Shown here: positions 47,984 to 56,300 of the stretch, one piece after another
Layout of the letters: the number at the start of each line of letters is the position of its first letter
How positions within the stretch are numbered: position 1 is the stretch's first letter
NCBI GenBank assembly: GCA_024276575.1
Contig: JAJRWY010000131.1
Location: 1,268 to 65,267, forward strand
DNA from: Candidatus Binatota bacterium
GTDB lineage: Bacteria; Desulfobacterota; Binatia; UBA1149; CAITLU01
Direction: 5' to 3'
DNA: 64,000 nt
The notes under the pieces: generated by a model
What the model was told of the DNA's origin: nothing
The model's database searches: none
What the model saw: the letters and a program-made list of their open reading frames with translations, nothing else
Position numbers and translations under genes: made by a program

Positions 47984-50053
47984 ATGGCGGAAAGAAAGAC
48001 TCTTGAGATAGTCGCCAAGCTCAAAGATCTGGTTTCGAAGAACACGGGCCGGATCCGCGAGTCGATCTCGCGAATGTCGCTGGGGATCAGCCGGTCGTTT
48101 CAGTCGGCGACCCGGGCGGTCTTCAACATGCGCACGGCGCTTCTCGGCCTGGCCGGCGGCGCGGTAGCGCGTGAGTTTGTGTCGGCCGGTGCTTCGGTAC
48201 AGCGATTCCGGGTACAGCTCGAGGCCTTGATGCAAGACGAGGCGCGAGCGGCCAAGGTGTTGAACGACATCCGTCGCTTTGCCGCTGAATCTCCGCTGGA
48301 AACCGAGAACCTGGTCGAGGCCTTCGTGAACTTGGAGGCCGTTGGAGTGCCGGCCGCCGAGCGGGCCGTGAAGCAACTCGGCAACGTGGCTGTCATCTTC
48401 AACCGTGACATACGCGACGTCGCCTCCGGCTTTATCGGAGTGGAAACGGAGGTACTTCGCCGACTCGGCGTCGAGTTGAAGCGAGCCGGGGACACGGCGG
48501 TCCTGCAGTCGGGGAAGATCCGTATCGAGACCGAAAACACGACGGTTGCGATTAGAGAAGCGCTACTGGAGTTGTGGGGCAAGCGCTTTCCTAACGCTAT
48601 GGAGCGGGCCGGAACGATGTGGGACGCCCAAATGGCCAAGTTCCGCGGCGCGCTCTTCGAGTTGAGAGCCGATATGGTCGCACACGTCATGCCGTCGATC
48701 GGTAAGACGCTCGATCGGCTAAGCGATGCGATAAACCGCAACCGTGACCGCATTGTGGCCATGGCGCGGTCGATGGGCCAGGTCTGGTCTCTTGCCGTCG
48801 AGTTTATCAAGAAGAAGTTCGACAACACGCTAGGCTCCACGGCATGGTGGGCGCGCGTTCCGGAACGAGCTGTTAAGGCGACGTGGGGCATCGTTAGCGC
48901 CTTCCTCGGCGCTTTGCAGATCATCATGAAGAACTGGCGCGAGGTCGGGTCGCTGATCTTCCAGCCGATCCTTACGGCTGTAGCTATAGGTTTCCGCACC
49001 CTGTTCACCCAGATACAGGAGTCGATTCGCGCGCTGGTCAACTGGATGAGCTTTGCTTTGCCGGATTCCTGGGTTGAGGCGGTTAACTCGATGCGCCTTA
49101 CCTGGGATGAGGCCGCAAGATTCAACCAGGACGCGATCGAAGACATGCTCACCAAGGTGAAGGCGTCATTCGATGTTATCATCGGCGAGATTCGTGATGC
49201 CGGAGTCAACAGCGAGAATATCGGTGGCGCGCTCGAGGAAGCCGGCCGAAGTACAGGATTGCTCGCGCTGGTTCAGCGGATAAATGCTGTCGTCGAGCGA
49301 AACCTAGAGGCGGTAAAGAAGACGCGGGCGGCGTTGGGTGGTGGGGCACCGGCGACGGGAGGAGGTCCTGTTCTCGGTAGCGCTGGCGCCGGGGGGCAAG
49401 AGGGCGATAGAGACCCTAACAAGAAGACTTTCTGGCAGGAACTGAAAGAGTCTATCGCGAATACGCTTACGGAGCTTTCGAAGTTCGAGATCAAAGCCTC
49501 CGAGATAGCGCAGAATGTGGGTGAAGCGTTCCAGACGAGCTTTGGAAGAGCGTTCAAGAATGTCGCCAAGGGGATGCAGTCAGTTGGTGACGCTATGAAG
49601 AGCATCCTTGATTCTGTGTTGGAACGAATAGCCGACGTGCTTCTTCAGATTGCAGCCATGAAGGCCCAGGCGTTGGCCTCGAGGGCACTTCTTGGTGCGG
49701 GCTTCAATCTCGGGTTTACGGCGGCCAACGGTGCGATCATGGCGGGCGGGTGGCAGCCGGCGGCCAGTTTTGCGGCAGGTGGGATCGTTCGCGGGCCGAC
49801 ACTCGGGATTCTTGGTGACAACTCCAGTCGCGTCGAAGCGGCGGTGCCCATGCCGGACGGGAAACACATTCCCGTTGATCTACGTGGCGGCGGTCAGAGT
49901 GAGATCAACGTGAATTTCACTGTCGTGGCGACGGATCCTCGCGGGATTCAGCAGATGCTTGTCGGCGAGAAGCGAACCATCATAGATCTATTTCGGGAAG
50001 CCTTGGCGACGGAACCGGGCCTGCGGAACGAAGTTCGCGGGATACGACGCTAG
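47984..50053 (+). CDS. tail tape measure protein
   Basis: 689-aa helical protein after G/GT. Confidence 0.8.
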   Translation: MAERKTLEIVAKLKDLVSKNTGRIRESISRMSLGISRSFQSATRAVFNMRTALLGLAGGAVAREFVSAGASVQRFRVQLEALMQDEARAAKVLNDIRRFAAESPLETENLVEAFVNLEAVGVPAAERAVKQLGNVAVIFNRDIRDVASGFIGVETEVLRRLGVELKRAGDTAVLQSGKIRIETENTTVAIREALLELWGKRFPNAMERAGTMWDAQMAKFRGALFELRADMVAHVMPSIGKTLDRLSDAINRNRDRIVAMARSMGQVWSLAVEFIKKKFDNTLGSTAWWARVPERAVKATWGIVSAFLGALQIIMKNWREVGSLIFQPILTAVAIGFRTLFTQIQESIRALVNWMSFALPDSWVEAVNSMRLTWDEAARFNQDAIEDMLTKVKASFDVIIGEIRDAGVNSENIGGALEEAGRSTGLLALVQRINAVVERNLEAVKKTRAALGGGAPATGGGPVLGSAGAGGQEGDRDPNKKTFWQELKESIANTLTELSKFEIKASEIAQNVGEAFQTSFGRAFKNVAKGMQSVGDAMKSILDSVLERIADVLLQIAAMKAQALASRALLGAGFNLGFTAANGAIMAGGWQPAASFAAGGIVRGPTLGILGDNSSRVEAAVPMPDGKHIPVDLRGGGQSEINVNFTVVATDPRGIQQMLVGEKRTIIDLFREALATEPGLRNEVRGIRR

Positions 50054-50058
50054 ACGGA

Positions 50059-50595
50059 CTACTTCCGAGCCGTCCGCGTTTCGTCTTCACGGACCTTCAG
50101 TCCCCACGGGCTTTTGTACATGCGGCCCTCGCTCCATGCACGATAGAGATCCTCTTGTTCCAGCAACCAGCCCGTCTGGCCGGCGGTAAGGTCGAAGTAC
50201 GCGACCGCAGTAAATGGGACCGTGGAAATGGTCCCGCCGAACGTATTGGTCCCGTAGACATGTGATTTGCCCGGATGTCCCAGCACGTAAACCTTATGAC
50301 CTTCAAGGATAACGGTTCCCCCACGGACCGGATACTCGACGAGAACGGTGGATCCTTCGGCGCGGCTCCCAAAGCCTTCGACATAGAGTTGGAACGTTGC
50401 GCCGGTGTCCAAATCCTCACGGATCCAGAGTACCTCTCCGGAAAAAGCGTACAGCTCATCCGCATGCGCTTCGGGATTCTTTTGAATCCTCACTAGATCT
50501 TCGAAGCCATGGAGTGGATAGGACCTGACGGCCTTCTGCATTACAGCGCAACCAGAGAGAAGAGTGAGCGTGAGAAATAGAGCTATACGTTTCAT
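50059..50595 (-). CDS. lipoprotein (weak Slp-like), candidate superinfection-exclusion factor
   Basis: Lipobox LTLLSGC; ATGA-coupled to the upstream WYL gene. Confidence 0.5.
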   Translation of the reverse strand: MKRIALFLTLTLLSGCAVMQKAVRSYPLHGFEDLVRIQKNPEAHADELYAFSGEVLWIREDLDTGATFQLYVEGFGSRAEGSTVLVEYPVRGGTVILEGHKVYVLGHPGKSHVYGTNTFGGTISTVPFTAVAYFDLTAGQTGWLLEQEDLYRAWSEGRMYKSPWGLKVREDETRTARK

Positions 50596-51098
50596 GCTGT
50601 GTCCTCCATCCACCGTTTGTAGGCCCGGCGTCCTCGGCCGCTGCGCTCCGTAAGCGAGACCTTCCTCATCCGTGCGAGTTTGAAGGTTCGCTCCTCATTA
50701 CGAAGTCGGCAGAAGGCGACAAGGTAATCGTTGCCTTCAAGCTCCAAGGGGGTAACCGATCTCGTGTTCCATTCTCCCGTGCCGCCGGTGTAGTACTCCA
50801 TGGTTATGTCTTGTTGAGACTCCATCGCTTCCTCGATGATCTTCCGGTTGGGCGCTACAACATCCTGATCGTCGTAGCGATTGCGGACGTCATCTGCGTC
50901 GTCGTAGAGCTGTGGCAATTCTTCGGTTTCGACTTCTGTGGGTGCTTCTCCAGAGCGTTGGCTGCGTCGGGTCCGCCACAAGTAAAAGAATATCCCCAGT
51001 GCAACGAGCGACGCTACAGGGTTGAGTCCCGGTTGGGCGCTCGTACTCAAAGCGACTATTGCGATGAGGAAAAGAAGCACTCTCCAAAGAAATCGCAT
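50592..51098 (-). CDS. two-TM membrane-anchored WYL-domain protein
   Basis: TM1 and TM2 in the first 45 aa. A C-terminal segment (ITMEYYTGGTGEWNTRSVTPLELEGNDYLVAFCRLRNEERTFKLARMRKV) matches the WYL consensus. Confidence 0.5.
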   Translation of the reverse strand: MRFLWRVLLFLIAIVALSTSAQPGLNPVASLVALGIFFYLWRTRRSQRSGEAPTEVETEELPQLYDDADDVRNRYDDQDVVAPNRKIIEEAMESQQDITMEYYTGGTGEWNTRSVTPLELEGNDYLVAFCRLRNEERTFKLARMRKVSLTERSGRGRRAYKRWMEDTA

Positions 51099-51116
51099 GT
51101 GTTCCCCCCTCCGAAC

Positions 51117-51758
51117 TTATTCCGCCGAGCCTAGAATCGCGGCTGCGGCGCCATAGATAGTGAGTGTGCGTCTACAGTCTCCCAAGGCTCGGTGCTCTCG
51201 GTCCAGGGAAAGTCCTCTAGCTTGGGCCAAATCAGAAAGGCGGTAGCTATCCCGGCCGGGCCAAGCCCTGCGAGACATTTTCAGGGCGCAGGATACGGGA
51301 TTATGAAGTTCCCGGCCCGGCTGGCACTGACTTACCGCTTCTCTCAGAAACCCCATATCGAACGGTGCATTGAAAGAGACCAAGGGGAGGTCTCCAATGA
51401 AGTCGAGAAAAGCGCCAAGTGCGTCTTCAAGCGAGTCTCCGTCGCGGTCCACCATCCGTTGGGTGATGCCGGTGAGTTTGGTGATCTTCTTCGGAATCTT
51501 CGCCTTGGGCCGGATCAGGGCCTCGAAGCTCTGATGGTGAACAGAGTCACGGGAGACGCGGATCGCGCCGATTTCGATGATCTCATTCTGCGTTGGGCTC
51601 AGGCCTGTAGTTTCAAGATCGAACACCACGAACTGTTCCGGGAGGGCGGAGAGATCGGTAGGGGGCGGCGACGCCCTCTTACGCGAGGCTCGTCTGGCCA
51701 AAGCAACGGTTGCGATGACTAGAAAGGCGATTCCGAATAGCGTTGCCGTGACGGTCAT
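51117..51758 (-). CDS. membrane-anchored DEDDh 3'-5' exonuclease (DnaQ-like)
   Basis: N-terminal TM helix followed by a basic stretch. Exo I is FVVFDLETTG, Exo II is SFNAPFDMGFL, and Exo III is EHRALGDC. Confidence 0.65.
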   Translation of the reverse strand: MTVTATLFGIAFLVIATVALARRASRKRASPPPTDLSALPEQFVVFDLETTGLSPTQNEIIEIGAIRVSRDSVHHQSFEALIRPKAKIPKKITKLTGITQRMVDRDGDSLEDALGAFLDFIGDLPLVSFNAPFDMGFLREAVSQCQPGRELHNPVSCALKMSRRAWPGRDSYRLSDLAQARGLSLDREHRALGDCRRTLTIYGAAAAILGSAE

Positions 51759-51955
51759 CGCGCGTTCCTCGGATTCTTCAGTTCCAACCCTAAATGCTTG
51801 GCTAGCACCGAGGCATTGGAAAGCTTCATGTCGGTTCCGGACAGGAACCTAGAAATCGTGGATTGAGGTATTCCGGTCTCGCCGGCGAGAGTCCGCGCGG
51901 ACTTCCCGGAAGTCTTGATGGCGGCCCGGAGTGTGTCTGCCAGGTCTTTCGGCAT
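51755..51955 (-). CDS. XRE-family HTH regulator
   Basis: SARTLAGETGIPQSTISRFLSG is a Cro/C1-type HTH; 4-nt overlap with the exonuclease gene. Confidence 0.65.
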   Translation of the reverse strand: MPKDLADTLRAAIKTSGKSARTLAGETGIPQSTISRFLSGTDMKLSNASVLAKHLGLELKNPRNAR

Positions 51956-51972
51956 GCCTCCCCCTACGGGCT

Positions 51973-51992
51973 ATGATGCATACATGCATATA
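51973..51992 (-). promoter_or_regulatory. ATGCAT-ACATGCAT repeat upstream of the XRE gene, candidate operator/promoter
   Basis: Two ATGCAT hexamers and a TATAT box lie 20-40 nt upstream of the XRE start. Confidence 0.3.
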
Positions 51993-52015
51993 GGGTGTCA
52001 AGGGGCGGTAGACGT

Positions 52016-52282
52016 CTATCTTATTAGCTTTAGTCGTCGCAAGTCGGTCTCGGTCCAGCCGATGTCTGTTAGTAGGCTGGCCAACAAGCTCCAGCCGTAG
52101 GTCTTTGTCTTGCTTGGGTGATAGTGAATTACTACTCGTTTCGACGCGCTAGAGGTCTTGACGAACGCCCGGGTCGCGCCTCGGGTGACGTCTTCTTGCC
52201 ACCCATCTTTTTTGAGCGCTCGGATCAGGTCTTTCGGCGTAAGCTTTTTTAGCTGATCCCGTATGTTCCGGGAGAATGGCAT
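52016..52282 (-). CDS. HicA-like (YcfA fold) toxin homolog
   Basis: DLIRALKKDGW ... RVVIHYHPSKTKTYGWSLLASLLTDIGW fits HicA, but the canonical GSH catalytic His is replaced (RGAT). Confidence 0.45.
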   Translation of the reverse strand: MPFSRNIRDQLKKLTPKDLIRALKKDGWQEDVTRGATRAFVKTSSASKRVVIHYHPSKTKTYGWSLLASLLTDIGWTETDLRRLKLIR

Positions 52283-52572
52283 CCGACCGTTATGTGGTGA
52301 AGCAAGGCTCCTTCCGGTATTTCAGGAATCTCGCGCTGTTCAAGCGTAAGGTTGGGACCTACGGGGAGTGGGTCTCCGTGCTGGGCGAGCGAGTCTAGGT
52401 AGACCTTAATTGCCTCAGTGGCGTTCTGGAGCGCGTCGTTGATGGTGTCACCGGGCACATGCAGCCCTTTCAAACCCGGACAGAAAGCGTGATACGTACC
52501 ATCCTCTTCCTTCTCGACGACAACCGTCACACTCAAGCGCAACTCCACCCGTCGACGACCCAAAAGAGTCAT
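52249..52572 (-). CDS. HicB-like antitoxin (UPF0150 domain)
   Basis: VELRLSVTVVVEKEEDGTYHAFCPGLKGLHVPGDTINDALQNATEAIKVYLD matches the HicB N-domain consensus. Confidence 0.55.
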   Translation of the reverse strand: MTLLGRRRVELRLSVTVVVEKEEDGTYHAFCPGLKGLHVPGDTINDALQNATEAIKVYLDSLAQHGDPLPVGPNLTLEQREIPEIPEGALLHHITVGCHSPGTYGIS

Positions 52573-52686
52573 GAGACGTTGAAACATCCGGACCTCCCTG
52601 ATTGCGGCTGGACAACTCCCGCTAGGTCATTTATGGGGCTAATCTATCACCAGAGTCAAGATAAGTAGCAACTTCTTGCAGGCAAG

Positions 52687-52730
52687 CTAGGTACTACGTT
52701 GTAGTACCTACTTGAGCTAGATTCCCGCCA
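52687..52730. promoter_or_regulatory. conserved palindromic motif copy 2 (CTAGGTACTACGTTGTAGTACCTACTT ... GATTCCCGCC)
   Basis: Lies in the divergent region between the hicB start and the M-like tail gene. Confidence 0.55.
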
Positions 52731-52777
52731 ATAATCACGAATTTGCGCCACAGTAGGGGCTGAACCCGATCCAGTGG

Positions 52778-55288
52778 GTGCTGGAAACCCCAATGGCGAC
52801 GATTCCACGAACAGACGCTTTTCCCTCCCTTGTGGGGGGTATCCCCAGCGACGGGGCCGCCTATCTCCTCGGTGACCACATAGCCGTCGATAAGGCCTCG
52901 GATGCCTACGGAGAGGCCAACCGCTACGGTTCCAGGGACGCCGGCGTCATCTGGACCGATGCCTCGAAGGCCGCTGCGGCTTGGCTGGCCTATCGCGGGA
53001 TCGGCGCCGAGGAGAACGAGATCATCACGGGCAAGTTCTTCTGGCGGCATGTGAGCGGTGCCACCCGGCAGTCTGTCTCGCTTGGTCTCATGGCGCGCTT
53101 GGGCAATATCTCCTCGTCGTCGGCCGGGCCCCCTGAGCACTGGTATAAGGCAGACGCTTACGTCTTCGAGGCGGAGATCGACCCGGACGCCGAGACGGCC
53201 GACTTCTATCTGAGGCGCGTGGACCAAGGGGTGAAGACCACGCTGACGAGCTCGCTGGCGGTGTCCTGGCCGGAGTTTCGCAACTATGAGCTCGAACTCA
53301 GGTGCTTGTCGCTGTCCGATGGGAAGGTGGTGCTGTTCGCCAAGTTGGACGGGGACAACTTGTTATCTGCCGTCGACGCAGTAGGCAGCGCGCTTACGGG
53401 CGCTGGCCACTACGGTTTTCTGACGTCCAGCGGCAAGGCCGCGGCTGGTGAAACCAGGGCCTCAATCCGGAATTTCAAGGCGGCTGCGCTCTCCGACGGC
53501 TCGGTCTGGCTCGACGACGATTTCGACCGTCCCAACAGGGTAGGGGCGGATGACTACTACGTCCGGTCGTTTTGGAGCCACACGGAGGCTGTAACGACCG
53601 CCGGTGGGCAGATTTCGTATGGATCCGAGTCTGGAATCGAGCGCGTCTCGATGTACCAGGCCGTGCCTACGGACGAGGACTACACCGTTCGGGCCGACCT
53701 CACCTACCCGAACACCGCTGATGCGCACTGGTGCGGCGTAGTCGCGCGCGGCGGCAAGGGGTCGTCGGGCGGAGATCTCGATTCCTTCACCGGGTATCTC
53801 GCCCGGCTACGGATCGACACCTCGACCAACAACCTCGAACTCAAGAAGGTTATCAACGGGGCGGTTATCTGGACGCAGCAGGCGGACGTGTCCGGGCTGT
53901 CGGCGAGTACGCCGATCGAGCTCAAGCTCGATGTGAGCGGAAGCGGAGACGTGACGCTGAAGGTCTACGTCGACACGGTTCTCAAGCTGACAGTGACCGA
54001 CCAAGACGCCAACCGGCTACTGCAAAAGGGCCAGTCCGGGATTTACCTGAATCGTGCGTCAGGCGGATCCGGTGCGCTTGTCGCCGATGATTTCGTTCTC
54101 GGGGATCCGCCGGCGTCGGCGAGCTCGTTTACACGAGTCGCGGTGGCGGATGAGGACGTCGGTGGGATCACTCGATACTTTGTCCAGGGGGAAGATCTGA
54201 CGGGGCAAATAGACGGCGCCACGGCCACCTTCACACTGGCTCAGACACCGGCGAGCGCGGCGGAGACGGCAGTGTTTCGAAACGGGATCCGTATGGAGCG
54301 TGTGGCATCATCTCCCGGCGAGAATCAGTACACGGTCAACACGGGCGCGGCGAGTATTACGATCGGCGGAACTGTGCCGGCAAGTGGCGAGACGCTAGTG
54401 ATCGACTACCCGCTTGTCGGCAATACGGACCTGGTCATCGGTGAAGAGCCGTCCGGGACGAAAAACGGCCTGAACTACATCTTTACGTTGGCCAGCACGC
54501 CGAAGCGTTTGGAAGCGATCCGCGTTTATCTGGCCGGGGTCCGCTTGAGCTATGTGGCTGCGGGAAATCCCGGCATAGGCCAGTTTGCTGTTCCGAACCC
54601 CACCACGATCGTCGTGGGCCTGGCGCCGACTTCCACAACGGCGTTGGTAGCTGACTACGTGTCCGGCGGAAGTCTGGTCATTGAGACTCCGACCTACGGA
54701 GAGGTGCCCACGGGTGCGATCGACGGCTCGAACCGGGTATTCGAGCTCGTTGCAGCTCCGAATTCGCCGGCCGAGTGCGCGCCGGCGGTAAACGGGGTGC
54801 ATCTGAAGTACTCGGCCGCGAGCCCCGGGGCCATGGAGTTCTCTTTGGTGGATAAGACGATCACGCTGGGAGAGGCACCGCCTGCGGGTGCGGAGGTCCG
54901 GGTCGACTATGTTCGCTCTGATCTCTTCGAGCTGCTCTTCAACTACGTGCCGGATTATCCGTTCCGGGCGATCGACCGCTTCCAGACCATCAAGTACGGG
55001 TTTGAGTACGGCTACGAGCAGAGCTGGCCGGTCCGGGCTCAGAGCCGGCGGCGCTTCGAGTGCGTATTTGGCAATCGAGACAAAGCGGAGCGAGACGCCA
55101 TCATGAGCTTCATCGAGGCCCGGGTGGGCTCTCACCAGCAGTTTTCGTGGGTTCCTCCGGACGAGACCGATCCGATCACGGTGCATCTCAAGGGAGTCTC
55201 GGCCAGGGCCTCAAAGACCAACCCTGACAACTACTCGATTCACCTGGTGCTCGAGGAACTCATTACCTTCACGGCGGCCGCAGCATGA
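52778..55288 (+). CDS. minor tail protein M-like domain fused to a large N-terminal lectin/Ig-like extension
   Basis: The C-terminal ~110 aa show a gpM pattern (FSWVPPDE ... EELI). Upstream are three ~75-aa Ig-like repeats and two beta-sandwich-like modules. Confidence 0.55.
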   Translation: MLETPMATIPRTDAFPSLVGGIPSDGAAYLLGDHIAVDKASDAYGEANRYGSRDAGVIWTDASKAAAAWLAYRGIGAEENEIITGKFFWRHVSGATRQSVSLGLMARLGNISSSSAGPPEHWYKADAYVFEAEIDPDAETADFYLRRVDQGVKTTLTSSLAVSWPEFRNYELELRCLSLSDGKVVLFAKLDGDNLLSAVDAVGSALTGAGHYGFLTSSGKAAAGETRASIRNFKAAALSDGSVWLDDDFDRPNRVGADDYYVRSFWSHTEAVTTAGGQISYGSESGIERVSMYQAVPTDEDYTVRADLTYPNTADAHWCGVVARGGKGSSGGDLDSFTGYLARLRIDTSTNNLELKKVINGAVIWTQQADVSGLSASTPIELKLDVSGSGDVTLKVYVDTVLKLTVTDQDANRLLQKGQSGIYLNRASGGSGALVADDFVLGDPPASASSFTRVAVADEDVGGITRYFVQGEDLTGQIDGATATFTLAQTPASAAETAVFRNGIRMERVASSPGENQYTVNTGAASITIGGTVPASGETLVIDYPLVGNTDLVIGEEPSGTKNGLNYIFTLASTPKRLEAIRVYLAGVRLSYVAAGNPGIGQFAVPNPTTIVVGLAPTSTTALVADYVSGGSLVIETPTYGEVPTGAIDGSNRVFELVAAPNSPAECAPAVNGVHLKYSAASPGAMEFSLVDKTITLGEAPPAGAEVRVDYVRSDLFELLFNYVPDYPFRAIDRFQTIKYGFEYGYEQSWPVRAQSRRRFECVFGNRDKAERDAIMSFIEARVGSHQQFSWVPPDETDPITVHLKGVSARASKTNPDNYSIHLVLEELITFTAAAA

Positions 55289-55905
55289 AAGACCTTCATC
55301 CCGAACTGACCAAGGAAAAGAGCAAGCTCGCCCAAACCGAGCCCTGGCTTGTGCTGTGGCAGATCGACGCGAACAAGGCTGGAACGAAGAAGTACTGTTT
55401 GGTGGCCCACGACGAGGAAGTGGAGTTCGACGGAGTGGTGTACTCGCCGTTCCCGATCGTAATTGGGGAGAGCTCTGAGAACTCGGAGGGGAACCTGCCT
55501 CAGACCAACGTGACGGTGGTGGATGTCGCCCGGGAAATCACCGCTGATCTAAAGGCCGCCAACGGTTTCGTTGGCCACAACGTCAAGCTGATCATCGTCC
55601 ACAAGTACCACCTCGACGATCCCGAGGCGAAATCCGAAGCTACGGCAAAGGTGCTCTCGTGCTCGAGGACTCAGCAGAACGTGTCGTTTCGCATCGGGCA
55701 CACCAATTTTCTCGGCTTGCCGTTTCCGTCTGAGCGATTCACCGAGCGCTGTCGTTGGGTCTACAAGTCCTACGAATGCGGCTACGCCGGCGCGCTTACG
55801 ACCTGCGACAAGACTTTGAACGGATCCAACGGCTGTGTGGCACACGGTAGTGATTCCAGCATCCATCCTGCCCGCTACGGCGGCTTTCCGACGATACCGC
55901 AATGA
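55285..55905 (+). CDS. minor tail protein L
   Basis: LVLWQIDANK ... CRWVYKSYECGYAG ... CDKTLNGSNGCVAHG matches the lambda gpL pattern, including Cys cluster. Confidence 0.8.
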   Translation: MKDLHPELTKEKSKLAQTEPWLVLWQIDANKAGTKKYCLVAHDEEVEFDGVVYSPFPIVIGESSENSEGNLPQTNVTVVDVAREITADLKAANGFVGHNVKLIIVHKYHLDDPEAKSEATAKVLSCSRTQQNVSFRIGHTNFLGLPFPSERFTERCRWVYKSYECGYAGALTTCDKTLNGSNGCVAHGSDSSIHPARYGGFPTIPQ

Positions 55906-56300
55906 TCCACTACCAAGACCTCATCGGAGTCGAGTACCGAAATGGCGGCAGAGATCCGAACCAGGGCCTCGATTGCTTCGGGGTTGTCATGTTGCTGCTC
56001 GCCCGCTGCGGCGTGCTCATTGAGGACGTCCAGGGCTATCCGGAAGACTGGGACTTGGCAGGCCTCAATCTGATCATCGAGAACTTTCATCGCCCGTGGC
56101 GGGCGGTCGAGAAGCCGTACCGGGCGGGTGATGTTCTTATCGTCCAATGGCCGAACAAGGACCGTCCGACGCATCTGGCCGTCGTTGTGGACGGGATGCG
56201 CGTAGTCCATGCGGTCAAGACTCAACGGGTCTGTGTGTGGCGGATCAGCAAGATCTCTCCGTACATTTACGCGGCCGCGCGACATGAGGAGCTCACGTGA
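55902..56300 (+). CDS. NlpC/P60 tail assembly protein (gpK C-domain-like)
   Basis: NQGLDCFGVV ... H ... H is a C40 peptidase motif; no MPN domain. Confidence 0.65.
   Translation: MIHYQDLIGVEYRNGGRDPNQGLDCFGVVMLLLARCGVLIEDVQGYPEDWDLAGLNLIIENFHRPWRAVEKPYRAGDVLIVQWPNKDRPTHLAVVVDGMRVVHAVKTQRVCVWRISKISPYIYAAARHEELT

Noticed and set aside
50053-50059. Possibility of a terminator between the convergent tape-measure and lipoprotein genes
   Set aside because: Only 5 nt separate the two stop codons, so there is no room for a hairpin. The transcripts must overlap or terminate inside the neighbouring gene.
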